Shown piece by piece: positions 26,601 through 40,905 of a DNA stretch of 64,000 nucleotides. Under the pieces are notes generated by a model. The model was not told the origin of the DNA. It did not search any database and was given only the letters and a program-made list of their open reading frames with translations. The translations under genes were made by a program, and so were the position numbers. This stretch comes from Chara braunii (lineage: Eukaryota > Plantae > Charophyceae): positions 4,667,157 to 4,731,156 of the forward strand of contig BFEA01000031.1 in assembly GCA_003427395.1 (NCBI GenBank), given 5' to 3'. The first letter of the stretch is position 1. Every line of letters starts with the position of its first letter.

Positions 26601-28378
26601 GAGAACGCACCTTTTCCTTCTTTGATTTACAACTGTTGTTGGAAACAATGGCCCAAGCGACTTGGTTGATGATCTCAAACCGCAATACGACGACGCGTGT
26701 CGCGAAGCGTGAAAAGGGAGGTGCCGAAGCGTGAGAGGGCAAAACCGCGAATGGAGACGTAGGCGATTGCGACGCGAAGGAGATGGCGAGGCGAGGGATA
26801 TGGCGACGAGGGAGAGAGAGAGAAGCGAGGTAGACGGTGATGAGATGGCTGTGTCGCTGGCAAGGGCGGGTGGTCCTGGCGCGCGACGGGCATTTTCGGC
26901 CGTGAGGGTTGGCGACACCTGCGATTGCCTGCTGCTTCAGACGATTGCAATGCCCACCTGCAAATTCGCAGAATGGCGCCACCGTCATTTGAATGGCGGA
27001 TACATCCGCGCGGGGCCCAAGAAACAAAAGTGGGCGGGAAAAGTCACTCCGGATGACGCATTGGAGCCGTCGATATCACGGTAAAATCCGCATGGGTCCT
27101 GATAATCAAAAGTGGGCGGAAAAGTTTGCGCCGGATGATGCGTTGGGACCGTCGATAGAATGGTGAAAAAAGGCCAGTCCTCTCGAAATCACCGCCTGCC
27201 CTCCCACGACGGTTTCGGATCGGGCGATTTCGTGAGGACAGTCCGTCAAAAAAGGGACCGCCTGATGTCACAGCCCCCGACCCGGCAGTCCGCCATTACT
27301 GACCCAGCGGCGGGCAGTTGAAGGGCCCCTCAAGCCCCACTCACTCCACTCACCATTCTCCTGTCGGGCACCAAACGAATGGGGGTGGCTGTCACACCCA
27401 TTCGCTGGTGTCATTTCTTTCGTGTGCTGCCTTTGCGATGCGTCCGCCATCGCTCAAAGTCGTCGGCTTCATATCGCAGGCCCCTTGCGCATCCAGGCCC
27501 TCGTTCATCCAGCAATCGTCGACAGCGGGGGGCGCTAATGAAAACGTCACGCGATTGTAGACCTTGCGCGTCGTCCCGTTCGCGCTGTGCTCTTCTTGTG
27601 TCGGCTGGAGGCGTTTGTCGACTCGCAGGTCAGTAAGAAGCCCACGCCCCCTGCTCGGCCCCTTCACCATTTCAAGCCCCCACCTCTTCCCATTGCCCTT
27701 CCGCTCCTTCAACCGTGCAAGTCTTGTTCTCTGCCACCACCTGCTCCGCCAATCACGCGCCCACGATCTTGAGTGCACAACGTCCATCGATCACAACCAC
27801 GGAAGACCCCATGCAGTGATACACGCTGACGTCATCATCTTGCACATGACGTCAGCGACGGACAATGGCTTGCGACTTTCACAGTCATCGCTCTCGAGTC
27901 TTGACGTCCTCAACATCGTTTGTTGGCATCCTCAACATCACCCTCGATTCTTGGCGCCCTCCGACGACCGCATCTGACACGTGGAGAAAGTCGCATCGCC
28001 CTCAAGTCTTGGCGTCCTAAACATCGCTTGTTGGTACACTTTCTTGGACCCTGGCTCGAGGGTCGTCTTCCGCCTAGTCTACTCAGGATATCGCAATGCA
28101 ATCGATCGTGCGAGTCTTCTTCTACATCACTGCCTGGTCCGTCAATCACGCACGAGTCGACATGCGCGCGATCTTGAGTCCACGATGTCCGCAGCTCACA
28201 ACCACGAAAGTTCCCTTCCACTGACACACACTGATGTCACCATCTTGCGCATAACGTTTGGAATTCGAAATGGCTTGCGGCTTTCGCAGTCAAGATCGTC
28301 GGACGCCTCCGACGACCGCATCTGACGCGTGGACAAAGTTTCATCGTCGTTGCTCCCTGGCGTCCTCAAGATCGCGAT

Positions 28379-28532
28379 ATGTGATCACCGCTGCGATAAC
28401 ACATCATCCGATAGACGTCAACACCGGAGACGTCATCTGAAAAATCGCGTGTGGATCGACTTTCAGATCCCGTCCATCCATCTCTGGTGCTGAGGTCTAT
28501 CGGATGATGTGTTATCGCAGCGCTGATCACAT
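28379..28532. repeat. ~52-bp-arm near-perfect hairpin
   Basis: ATGTGATCACCGCTGCGATAACACATCATCCGATAGACGTCAACACCGGAGA pairs with 28481-28532, about 4 mismatches. Confidence 0.85.
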
Positions 28533-30840
28533 CATCCTATGTCCCCGATAGCTGGAAGCCTCATGACAAACGCGCACCTCCAACAGGAATCGCACGTATC
28601 GCACGCACAGCCAACAATGGCAAAGCCACCCATCCACAACGTTCAACGACGCCACGTTGCGCACAACGGATACCCATGGCGAATCCGAAACATCCCACAT
28701 TACCGTCCATCCCGCGACATCCCACCGCCAAGGGCTAACTTCGAGCTCGTTTCCNATCGACTCGGTGATTGAACATGTCCATCGCGGTTGTGGACGACAT
28801 CAGGATCTTTTTCTTGTTGTCTTGAACGTTCCCTGTCTCATCGCCCGTTCTCACACACGCAGCTAGCAATGAGGAACCGCCACGCAACCGGGCGCGAGAC
28901 GTCGACCACGCATCGGCAACATTTTGGATATGGAACTAGCGCTTACAAGAATACGTCACAGCACCGCCGCCCATGCGGCAGCCCGTCCCCTCGCCACAAT
29001 TCGTTTTGGGCAAACTCTGACGTGGACAATCCTCGCGACGGTTACAGTCTCGAAATCTGAGATGAATGAACGCACCAATGACCTCGTGGAACGATCAACT
29101 CTCGGTCCACACCGATCACATTTCAATTCCAATTAATCGCAGCCGCGTTTTCCAGAGCAGCTTAGGGAGGTGTGCACAGGATTGCAGCGGGAGTGAGAGA
29201 GTGCTATTCGTGCCACTTATTCCGGATGGAGTTCGGATTCATCCGAGCTCGGGATGAAGGCAATAGACGATGTCATTTGCGATGCCAGTGGTTGGATGAC
29301 TATGCCCCCCTTACATGCGACCCATTGTTTTCACGCAACGTCCCCCCATCAAAAGTTTTGAGGCGACCCCCTGTCCATGACAACCCGCCACTCATGACTT
29401 TTGTCTGTGTTCTTTGTCTCTCAGGAAGGGTTATGCAATTCTTAGGCTGGACGTTTTTGTTTCGCCTCACTACGGAACGTGTGATGTAGTTTGGATGAAT
29501 CCGAACCACAACCCTCGGCTCGTGGGAAGTCTCAACGGGAACCGCATCCCTCTGATGTCTCAGTGGAAGGGACAACGACGCCACAGGGGATCGCTTTCGA
29601 AGTAAACATCTGCACAAATCATGACTCCGATAGCTCCCCAAATGCTTTTGCCTTCGTTTGTAGCTCGGATGAATCCGAACCACAACCACAGACGACTGAC
29701 GGACGACAGTCGTGGCTTTTGTCAGTGTTTATTTCTTCCGCATTGGATAGTGCAACACTCGCATATGACTTATCAGTTCCGCGTCACTCCTAAACGTGTG
29801 ATGTAGCTTGGATCAATCCGAACCACATCCCTCATCGCATCGGGAGTCCCGAGGTGAGTATCACGCCCAGTGACGGAATGTCTCATCGGGAAAGGAAAAC
29901 GACGGCACACACCACGCGTCCTGAATGCAACATACAATAACCGAAGGTGGACACTCATGGCATTTGTTGTTGATTTTTCCTTCCGTGCGGCGAAATGTGA
30001 ACATTTCGCAGGACGTCTGGGTACCGCCTGTCTGAAACCGTTTGTCGTGGTCCGGATTAATCCGAACCTCATAGCTCGACGGCAATAGAGTCTGATTTGT
30101 CCGCCACATCGCGCAGGCAGGTCTCATGAACTGGGGATGGCACTCTTGGCTTTTGTCTGAGTTGTTTTCTTGCACATGGGGCAGTAATGCAAACATCGCA
30201 AAGAACGTGTTGCTTCCTACTGGCTCCGCCTTCGATTCCAGGGGTGTCTCATCCTTCTGCCACATCCCACCGAGTGAGGCAAGGTCGCTGGGCGGTGGCT
30301 CGGATAAATCCGAGCCACAGATGGTCGCACGATATCCAATTTAATGTCTATCTTTCCGGGGCGGTTGCTCGGATTGATCTGAACCACGGATTGGTAGGCT
30401 TGGATGAGCTTCTGTCTAGGACTTCTGTTGGCGGGTGGCTCGGATTGATCCGAGCCTCGGATCCGGGGCGGGGCGGTAGGCTTGCATGAGCTTCTGTCTT
30501 GCACTTCTGTTCATCTCGTATTCAGAATGACAGTGGTAGGTAGAGTTTGTGCTTTCATGGCTCTGCGAAAAGTACTTGATATATCGACTGTGCAAAAATG
30601 TCTTCTGTAGATGAGGGGGTGTAATGTGGCTGTCCGGCGTCGGTGTGCTGTTTCATTCCTCCCCCAGAAATACAGAAACGGATGTTTTGCAAACGACCGT
30701 GAGGGTCGTCCGACTGTTCTATCCGTCTCAATGTGCTTTACGGCGTTGGTTTTAATAATTTTAGGAAATCCCGCATCTGCTCTGGAACGGGTCCCTGCAT
30801 GACTTTTAGAAAACACTCCATTGGCTTGGTGAACTTCTGA

Positions 30841-32041
30841 TTGATGACCTTCTGTAAGGGCTTTGCAATGCGATGTGGAAATATTTTTTTTTTAGACGAT
30901 TTCCGATTGACAGCCTTCTCTAAGGGCTTCACCGATAAAAAAGTGTTGGGCGTTACAACTGGGTGTGGGCCTCGTCGGGGAAACTATCGTTCACCGACAT
31001 TGTTTACGACAGTCTCCTCTTCCGTATGTCTATCCATGTGTTCGTGTTGTGTAGGGAGTTTAATGTCGTCGAGTTCTTCAACAAGCATAGCCATGACACC
31101 CGAGAAGCACATGCGCTTAGCGAAACCCTTTCCACCTTGTGCGAGATCGTTGCGGCATCATGACGGTCAAACGTGGATCGACGATGCAACCGAGGACGAC
31201 TTCGAGGACGACCCATGGACGACCGTCGTCCCTTACATGAACTGTCATCTCGACGAATGGAACGAAAATGACTGGAAGGCGATGGAGCGTTCCCGCCCAT
31301 GGGCAAACCATTACAAGTTTGCCAACATGTTGGAGTTCGGGACCCTCATTGCACTGCCTGATGGTGTCCTCCATCAAAAGACCCTGGACGATAAGGGTAA
31401 ACCGCTTTCGTATCAGCTTCAGATGTCACCTCCACTGCGAGTACATCACATCTTCGCCACGAACTTCGGGAAGTTCGCAAAAGCAAGAGTTGGTCGACTG
31501 CGCTCGTCATTGTTCATTCTTGGAACGTTACCCACCCCATTGCCCAGGGACTTCTTTACAAGCTCTGTCGTACTGTTGTGTGCGGTTGACGGATGACGGA
31601 TGTCCTCCTTTCGCCAGAGTGCTATGTGTGGCTTCTTCAAGCAAAAGTAGGAAACTTGTGGATGCAGTTGTGCTTGTGTCACGCAACGAGATGGTGCTTC
31701 AGGGATCCAAGTTCAAGGTGGTCATGTCTCGCCCAGATGTAGATGGGCGGTCAGACTTGGTGAGAGCAGGTCAGGTAAGAGTTTTTTTGTCATTGTCGGA
31801 TGATGTGGAAAAGAAAGTGTCTGAAATACGTGACTATATAGGGAATTCCTTAGCACGACGAGGAGGGTTTGTCAGGATTAAATACATGTTCGTGTTTTCG
31901 GAGAACGCAACAGTCGACGAGCCGCAGATCCATGTGTATGGATCATCTATGAATGCTATGTATGGTTTCCGTTTACGACCTCGTCCGCGGAAAAGCCTGT
32001 ATGTCACAAGATACGGACGTGTGGTCAGACCTTGTGTTTAA
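30841..32041 (+). pseudogene. Cargo gene of unknown function, frameshifted near 31590
   Basis: Overlapping ORFs 30841-31596 and 31268-32041 join across a GACGGAT duplication into a globular-looking protein. Start uncertain. Confidence 0.45.
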
Positions 32042-32984
32042 GTGAAAAGGAGACTCCCTCATGATGACTAAAGTTGACACCGGCGTTGTGGCATTTGAAC
32101 TAGCACTGCAGACTTGTGAAGGTGACGTTCTATAAGTGTTTCGGATTCATCCGAATCATCAATCAGATACATGCGGGTGCACCCAACGTTGAACGCGATG
32201 CATGAAGGTTTCCCCAAGGTCGATCCTTGGCCGAACAACAACCCGTCAGATTCGGTCTGTGCGACTCGCTAACAGCACACCATTGAGTTTATTTTCTTGC
32301 ACGCCTTCGAGGCAAACGAGGCTTCCAAACAGTCCACCACTCTCTAGATCGTCTGGCACTGCCATGTTTTGTAATTGTCCGCGATGATTTTCAGATACGA
32401 CGCCATGAAATATGGTGCCGGTGTCCGTGGCCCTCTGTGCAACAGCCGCTGCATGGCAGAAAGTGACGTGAGCAACGCCGACCGAGGCTGCAATCATGTA
32501 TGTCCAGCATGACATCTTGTGTCTCGGATTCATCCAAAGTCGCCGGCTGCACAAGCATTTGCATTTTCATCCCCGAAAAAGTCGTTTGTTTTCCTAGACA
32601 CCTGCTGAAAGAAACTCCTCTTTCCGTCAATACGCTGCATACGGGCCGATGATCAGCAGCCGCGCACAATACATAGCACGTCCCCATTGCAAAATCGTCG
32701 GGTCATTTTTTCGCGGCGGCGAAGGCTCTCGTGATCACCCCCAGCGACGCCGACGATGGTTTTCGGATTGGATGCCATGAAATGTGGTGCCATGTCCGTA
32801 GCCCTCTGTGCAACAGCCGCTGCCAGGGCGAAAGTGACGTGAGCGACGCTGGCCGACACTGCAATCTACCTTGTCCGGCATGTCATCTTGTGTCTTGGAT
32901 CCATCCGAGCTTGCTCCTTCTCGTCATCGAATCATCAGCACCTGCACAGAACACAAAAACACTTCCCGATTGGAACATCGTGGG

Positions 32985-34420
32985 GTCATTGCATCGTCGA
33001 CTCCCACATGATGATTACAGTGAACAGCGGCATGATGGCAGGTCCGCCTCTCCGATGTGGGTCTAACGGTGGATTGTATCAAATCTGCTCTCAAAGATCC
33101 ACACCGCAGAGGGGGGTCAACAATCGACCACTGCTTGCTTGTAAAACATCATATGATGTGTTGATACAACCGGCATTCAGAACTGATTGGTGAGCATCTG
33201 GTGCTACACCAACAAGTTCGTCATGCGGTCACGATATTCCCCCGCGATTGCTCATTTTGAGGTTCTCGCGTCATGGACTCCCTCATGATGACTACAGTAA
33301 ACAGCGACAGGGTAGCAGGTCCCCTTCTCCGATATGGATCTCACGGTGGAGTGCGAAACTCTGCTCTCAAAGATCCAGACCGGGAAAGGGGGCCAGCTAT
33401 CAACCACTGCTTGATCGTAAGGCNNNNNNNNNNNNNNNNNNNNNNNNNNNNNNNNNNNNNNNNNNNNNNNNNNNNNNNNNNNNNNNNNNNNNNNNNNNNN
33501 NNNNNNNNNNNNNNNNNNNNNNNNNNNNNNNNNNNNNNNNNNNNNNNNNNNNNNNNNNNNNNNNNNNNNNNNNNNNNNNNNNNNNNNNNNNNNNNNNNNN
33601 NNNNNNNNNNNNNNNNNNNNNNNNNNNNNNNNNNNNNNNNNNNNNNNNNNNNNNNNNNNNNNNNNNNNNNNNNNNNNNNNNNNNNNNNNNNNNNNNNNNN
33701 NNNNNNNNNNNNNNNNNNNNNNNNNNNNNNNNNNNNNNNNNNNNNNNNNNNNNNNNNNNNNNNNNNNNNNNNNNNNNNNNNNNNNNNNNNNNNNNNNNNN
33801 NNNNNNNNNNNNNNNNNNNNNNNNNNNNNNNNNNNNNNNNNNNNNNNNNNNNNNNNNNNNNNNNNNNNNNNNNNNNNNNNNNNNNNNNNNNNNNNNNNNN
33901 NNNNNNNNNNNNNNNNNNNNNNNNNNNNNNNNNNNNNNNNNNNNNNNNNNNNNNNNNNNNNNNNNNNNNNNNNNNNNNNNNNNNNNNNNNNNNNNNNNNN
34001 NNNNNNNNNNNNNNNNNNNNNNNNNNNNNNNNNNNNNNNNNNNNNNNNNNNNNNNNNNNNNNNNNNNNNNNNNNNNNNNNNNNNNNNNNNNNNNNNNNNN
34101 NNNNNNNNNNNNNNNNNNNNNNNNNNNNNNNNNNNNNNNNNNNNNNNNNNNNNNNNNNNNNNNNNNNNNNNNNNNNNNNNNNNNNNNNNNNNNNNNNNNN
34201 NNNNNNNNNNNNNNNNNNNNNNNNNNNNNNNNNNNNNNNNNNNGATATGGATCTCACGGTGGAGTGCGAAACTCTGCTCTCAAAGATCCAGACCGGGAAA
34301 GGGGGCCAGCTATCAACCACTGCTTGATCGTAAGGCATTATATGATCTGTCCATTACATCGGCATTCGAAACTGTTTGCTGAGCATCTGGTGCTACGCCA
34401 ACAATTTCCGAACACGACGG
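32985..34420 (+). repeat. ~280-bp tandem repeat straddling gap 33424-34243
   Basis: 33331-33423 is identical to 34244-34336; a diverged unit lies at ~32985-33215. Confidence 0.8.
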
Positions 34421-35232
34421 CGAGGTTCCCTAAGAGTGCTTTTGTCACCCCACAGCACCGACCGCCGACTGTTTGGCACTGCGGGAAGGTTGTCAATTTC
34501 TTACGACGCGGAAGACTCGTGATCACTTNCGTCGTCTGTATGCGTGCTGATGGTGTTCGGCATTGCATAGTTGACGCACTGGTGGTGTGTGCTGCAATTG
34601 TCTAAATCTCACGGGATTTAAGTGTCTTGGATGCATGCGACATAAGAACCTGCGACGATGCGGACTTGCCAATATTTACCTGCATCATTGTAGCGGATTC
34701 ATCCGACTCTAAAATCAGTTACATATTTGCGCACCCGCAATTTCTACAATATGTCTGATCGGTGACGGACAAGGCTGGTAGTCCGGTTCAAGGCTGGCTG
34801 TGCACGTCTAATGTCAAGTCCGATATTTGCCTGCGTCGTTGCGTCAGATTCATCCGACTCTAAAATATGTTACATACTTGCGGGCCCGCCATTTCTACAC
34901 CATACATGTAAAATCGGTGCGGGTCAAGGTTTGTAGTCCGGTTCAAGGCTGGCTATGCACTGTCTTTTTGTTTTGTTGCGTTGCCCTCTATAGTGCTCCC
35001 CGACTCGCGGACGGATCTCTGTCGCTTTATCATTGCCAAAGTCCAACAACTGTCTCGGATGCGATTTGGATCAACGTCTGTTGCTCTGCTCGCAGGGAAA
35101 ATTGGTATGCTTCTCAACACATGCTTCACTGGTGTGATACGACGACGGTCGATCAAGACTTCCCTCCCACGCCAGCTTGCTTTCCGTTAGGTTTTCGGCA
35201 GGAATTGGCTGGGAAGGGATTGGTTATGGGCG

Positions 35233-38100
35233 TTGGAGTTCCGAGCACTGCCGATAGTACTTCTTCTCGACTCGAGCCTTGTGCTTCCTCTGGAAAACGG
35301 TCACGTGACTCAAACACTCAGCATCGACGGAAGAGAACAGTTGTCCACCTCCACCGCGCATTCGTACATTTGTCGTGACGTGCTCGAAGACCACATAAAC
35401 ACTGGAAGCGGGGGCCAGTTTCTTAGTGTCGATTGGACATCCAGAGTCTCTTCAGCATGTTCTGAAATGACCGACGCTGGGATGTCGAGCTCCATACCTG
35501 AGGGGAATCTCGGTGACTGTAGTTATAGTGAGACGGAGTACGTGTATAGTGCGAACAACTGCACTACTGCTGGTTCATCCTTCGGAGTTGCCGATGGGGG
35601 TGATAGGGTTTCCTCGTCTACCCCTCCGCAGTGCCAAGAGAGTCAAGGACCGTCCACGGATGAAATCATTGAATATTGCTATTCACGAGATAGTCAGAGC
35701 TCGCGCTGTCTCTCCGAAGAGGACCACCACATACGGTACATTTTGCCGGCGCCTATGCTCGGTGAAAGAAGACCCTATTCTATGGCAAACAGAGAACCGG
35801 TCAAAAAGACACAGCATCGGTGAGCTATGGGCAAACTGAGGATGCAGTCACTTCAGGCAGTGCGAGGGATGCTCTCTTGTAGGTGGATGTGTTGCGCTGA
35901 ACTGATAGCCGAAGATGTCAGACCGGTGCGGGAGGCATTCTACTCGAAAAGTTTCACAGGAAAGGACGAAGTGGTGGTTGCAAACCATACATGACTTCAC
36001 GGTTATGGAAGGTGGTGCTGAGCGGGTCAGGCTTGTAGCTTGCAAACGGACGATGTGTGTGCAGCCATACTGTAACATTCACGACATTTCTCGTAACACA
36101 TTCTATGTCTACAAAAGGATGTACGATAACGATGTTGTCGTTAGGGATCATGGGCACTCGGGCTTGTCTAAACCATTCGAAAAAGTCGTCACGATGTTTG
36201 CACTGTTGAAACGATTCATCGACGACCACTCCGATAGTATGCCAAATGACATGGTTCAGAAAAACGGAGTTTGTCGTCCTTGCCGTACGATTCCTGCGGC
36301 ATTCACAAAATGAGCAATTTACGAATCATAGCGCTCTTGTGTCGGAGTCGACTTTCTACGCTATGTGAAGTAAGCACTTCTGGCACGTGAGTCTAGCTAT
36401 GTCCAACACATTCACGAGGTGCGCAAAATGTATATTCTACAAGCAGTGCATTGCCAAGTCTAAGTATGAGAGGGACCGTAAGAAATCCAAAGATAGGATG
36501 CGGAAACATCAAGAGCTGCAAGTCAACCACAGGCTAGACTATAGCCACTGCAAAATGGATTCCATCTTGCGGCAGTCCGAGTGTCTGTGCATCATTATCG
36601 ATGGCATGGATCAAAAGAAAACTACCATACTGCATATAGGACAGGCTAACTACTCGAAGGACTTGCACCACGAGAGGATGATGAAGACTCGTCTCACGAC
36701 CGTTCTGGTCCATGGCCGGGATCCGTCTATATATGTTTACACATATTTTCCTTACTACACACACGGCCCCAGCAGTACAGCGACGTGTTTAATGCGGACT
36801 CTTACGGAGATCCAATCCAGTGGGAAACCTCTACCGTCGTTTCTTCGTATTCAAGCTGACAACTGCTTCAAAGAAAACAAGAATAGATTCATCTGCGCAT
36901 TGGCAGCACTTCTTAAAAAGTTCGGGATTTTCAAGGAAATAGAAATTGGTTTTATGATAGTTGGACACACGCACACAAACGTCGATGCCACGTTTAGTGT
37001 TTTCTCCAAGAAACTCAAGGACAGTGATGCCTACACAATGGATGAGTTGTTCCTTTTGCTAGAGCGGTCTCATAAGACTCCTCCGCGGTGTATTTTTCTT
37101 GATAGGATAACAGACTGGAGAGGTCTTATTTACCCGCATGTTTCAAAGCGCATGACAGGGATTTCGAAGCCTCATTTGCTAAAATTCTACATGATAGGTG
37201 ATAATCCCGCCATGTCCTATAAAGAGTATTGCACAGACACTAAGTGGTTGCCCGAGGATGGTCCTCTTTACTGCTTCAAACAAACAGACAACGGAGGTTA
37301 CGCTGGTCCGCAGCAACCTTTCGATCCTCTGTCGGTCCAACTGGTGTTCCTCGACAATTACAAAAACGGTTTGGAGGGTGTGAAGAGGTTTTTGGAAGTC
37401 TATGAAAGAAAAAGAGAAACTTGGATGACTTTCCGAGACAAAGAGGTGGCTAGAATAGATAGGGTTTTTCGGTTTTGGGAAGATCACGTCAAACACGTGG
37501 AAAAAATTATCGACAACGAGGTGCCTTCGACACCCATCACCGAATTTTGGCCAAAGGTCACCCATGTTGTTGAAGACAGAAGTTCTTGCTTTGATTCGGA
37601 TGCATCCGAATTACAGCGAGAACCTAAGGCCAACTTTGATCCTTTCGAAGATGTGCATGTCGACAGTTTTGTCATTATGCAACCATCAGACGGGGACATG
37701 CATCAAGGAGTGCCTTTTTGGGTTGGCCAGGTTCGCAGTGAAGTTGACAAGAATGAAGATTCGCCAACTTACAACCAATTCAAAGTGGAGTACTGGGTTC
37801 CAATCGGAAAAGCAACCACACTAAGAAAATTGTGTGCCGACGCCTGAGAAAAAAAATGGAAAAAAACTCCAGGGCACGAGGAAGAGTATCAACATGTCAC
37901 AATCGTTGCGATTTCTTGGATGAGACAAACGAGGACGAATATCTACGAGTCCTCCAGAAATTTTACCACTGGTCTTGTGATTCCTCTGAAAGTAAGAAAA
38001 AATGCAACTCTCGCCCTAGAAAACGGCGTTGGCGCTCAAACACAAAGCGTTTCCCGAGAAGAGAGCGGGCAGGAGGCTACCTCATCGAGAGTGTGATGGT
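35233..38100 (+). pseudogene. Sola-like/DUF7869 DDD transposase (copy B); core 36387-37847 open, N-terminal part disrupted
   Basis: CIIIDGMDQKK ... LRIQADNCFKENKN ... FMIVGHTHTNVDATFS (putative catalytic D,D,D), preceded by Cys-rich segments (CAKC). Stops at 35821 and 36311. Confidence 0.85.
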
Positions 38101-38299
38101 TGTCGTCTTTTCGTGAGTAGAACGTATTGCCATGCTGGCCTGTGCACACCACGCTTGACTCCATGGAATACATCGCTTAATGATTTGTGCTCTCTGGGTT
38201 ACGCGCTTCAAATCAACAATAGTTCTTCATCAATTTTTGACATTGAGCGTGGAGGCGTTTTGGTCGTCGTAGCATGACCTCGGGCTTTCGATCGTGACC

Positions 38300-39500
38300 T
38301 TGATGTGACACTTTTATTGTGACTTTTGTCTTTTGCAGTGTGCAGACTTTCCTCTTCTGACGTACTTCGAAAACATGGATGAGATTTTGGGCTTCATTGA
38401 AATAAAAGTATCTAAACGATCATCACAAAGGGAGGAGCGTTTCCTTTTCAATATGAGAGAATCTTCAGGATCGTAGCGGGAGGACGGACAATGTTTGTCA
38501 TCATGGTGAGGTTTACTGATCTGAACATTTTCGACATGCGAATATATGAGCGTCGGGGGGGAAATTGGATGCGAGGAGATTTTACAAGAGCTTATGTAAA
38601 AGCTTGAGAAGTTATTTTCGCCTTGAGACGTGTTGTGCTCCGAGCAGAGGGTGACATTGAGGGTTTCTTGTTTGCCATTACGGAGTTTGAAGGTCTGCCT
38701 CAACCTCCAATCACGGCTTGCATGGTGGATGGTTCGACATGGGAACCGATAGTAAACGCTCTGCGAGAGGCTTCTTCTGAAGACTTCAACTTTTAAAGAC
38801 TTTTCGTGACCAGTCATACATTTCTAGAGTTTTTTGTCATTATGTCGGATTTTTGAACATTTTCGTAGTACGATCATTTTTTGATTATTTTTATTTTTCA
38901 CCACTTTGAGAGAAGAGTCTCGACACTTCCCAAGTTTTGTGGTCGAATGTCAGATTAGTTGAAATTTGCACACTGTAAAGTATTAACGAAAGCAATGAGT
39001 GCCGACCCTGGCTCATGGTCGGTTGTGGTTCGGATGCATCCGACCTAGAGAATAAGGATACTGTTACGACAAGCAGACACAAGAGCATCAAGGGGGAAAC
39101 TGAATGCTAGGAGATTTTACAGCAGCTTATCTGCAAGCTGCAAATGTTCTTGTGTCCTTGAGACGTGCTATTGTCATGGTCGGGGGAGACGTTCAAGGTT
39201 TCCATTACGCGGTTCAAAGGTCTGCCTCAACCTCCTATCTCGGCTTGCATTGTTGACGGCTCAACATGGGAACCGCTACTGAACGCTTTGCGAAGAGGCT
39301 TCTTTTGAAGATTTCAAGTTCGGGACACTTTGGTAACGAGTCTTACGTTTTTTAGGTTTCGTCAGGATATCGGATTTGTGAATGTTTTCATACTATAGGC
39401 TTTTTCAGAGATAAATCTCGACATTTCCAAATTTTTGTGTAAGAATGTACGATTAGTTGAAATTTTCACACTGTAAAGTACTAAGGGTTTCTGATTCATC
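38300..39500 (+). pseudogene. Copy B of the duplicated-domain cargo gene seen at 1137-2400
   Basis: Nucleotide collinearity with 1140-2350. Confidence 0.55.
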
Positions 39501-40877
39501 CTGCGTCCTCGCCTTGCAAACTGTTTGGTTGTGTAGAACGTGGGACTCGGTTTTGCAAGGTTTAATTCACATTTCATGGCGTAGTGGGTGTTCTTGATTT
39601 GGATAGCCTTGCCAACTCTTTGGTTAATGAAAACTTTTGAGCTAACCGTCACGAATTCACAATATTGGGACCAGATAACTGTTATCTGTTTTTACGACGT
39701 ACTTCTCATTTGTCTCAACAATGGTTGTGTGCCTGCTTATGTAGGCTGGGTGTCCCACTCTGTTTTTAATTTGTCTTCGCTTTTCAATCTGATTCTTATG
39801 AGTTGTCAAATGTCTTCAAAATCCAGTGAGATCTTTCAAAATAAACATAAGGTCCTTGGTCACTTCAGCAACTGATAATCTGTGCATAGTTTGATTTGGA
39901 TGTATCCTCCGCATTCGTTTGAGCCCTCTCCAATGCCCAATCCCCAGATGATAACGTCTTTACATAATATGTTCCCCACCACTTCACTCTGTACGATGCC
40001 CGTTTGTTTTGAGAAATGTTTGGTAAAGTGATAATGTACATGCATCTGCCATCTAGTTGAAATTTAAGACTAATGGTTACTTGAGTTCTTAAGGGGTTCC
40101 CGAGGGTGCACTTTTTTTTTTTAACACACATCATTTGATCTCGGCAAGGACAGTGGAGGAGTGGTGGGCAGCATTGGGTAGGGATGTTACAAGTTCATGG
40201 TTGCAAGGTCAAACCCGGCAAGCGGCAAATGATAACATCTCTACATAATGCTGCCCACCACTTCACTCTGTCCGACGCCCTTTTATTTTAAGAAATGTCT
40301 GGTAAGCTATAATTGTTTCTTGGAATGATAACATATTGGGCTATGATCATAAGTTCAACCTTTTGATTGAAGGATATTTAATGAATGACGCACGATTGAT
40401 AACATAACGGATTTTCTCCATCCGAATAATAAAATATTTGATTCGGATATATCCCAGTTTTACAATAAAACTTGCCAACTTGTGTACTATGGATATCAAA
40501 ACATGTAACTCGGATGTATCCTACTCATCGTGCTTGTATTCAATTAAACTTCAAAAATGAGTTGTTCTTGTCACTCCCATGCACCCTTTAAAGCCTCAAC
40601 GAAGACCTTTTTCGGGTCACTCATATGTGTCCCTCATAAGGCGAAACCTTCGATATGCTACGTTCATACTGACTGTCTGAATGTGTGTCAGTTTAGTAAG
40701 AATGTATCCGACTTCAGTAATTGAATTTTTTGTCTTGAAACAAACTAAATGTGTTGAGGATTTATCCGTTGAACAGGGACTCTTATCGTCGTGTATGAAT
40801 GTATAATGAGCATCTTCTTTTGTCAGCCGTGTATACCTTTCGAGTTTCTCGAACGATAAAAATACTATTTAGAAAAT

Positions 40878-40905
40878 AATGTACTATTTTGATGAATAAC
40901 ATGTT
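40878..40905 (-). repeat. Right terminal inverted repeat of the giant element
   Basis: AATGTACTATTTTGATGAATAACATGTT; 25/28 reverse-complement match to 11587-11614. Confidence 0.8.

Noticed and set aside
27025-27160. E2F-like GGCGGGAAAA site in a short duplicated segment
   Set aside because: Only one perfect 8-mer in this duplicate; not distinguishable from chance.
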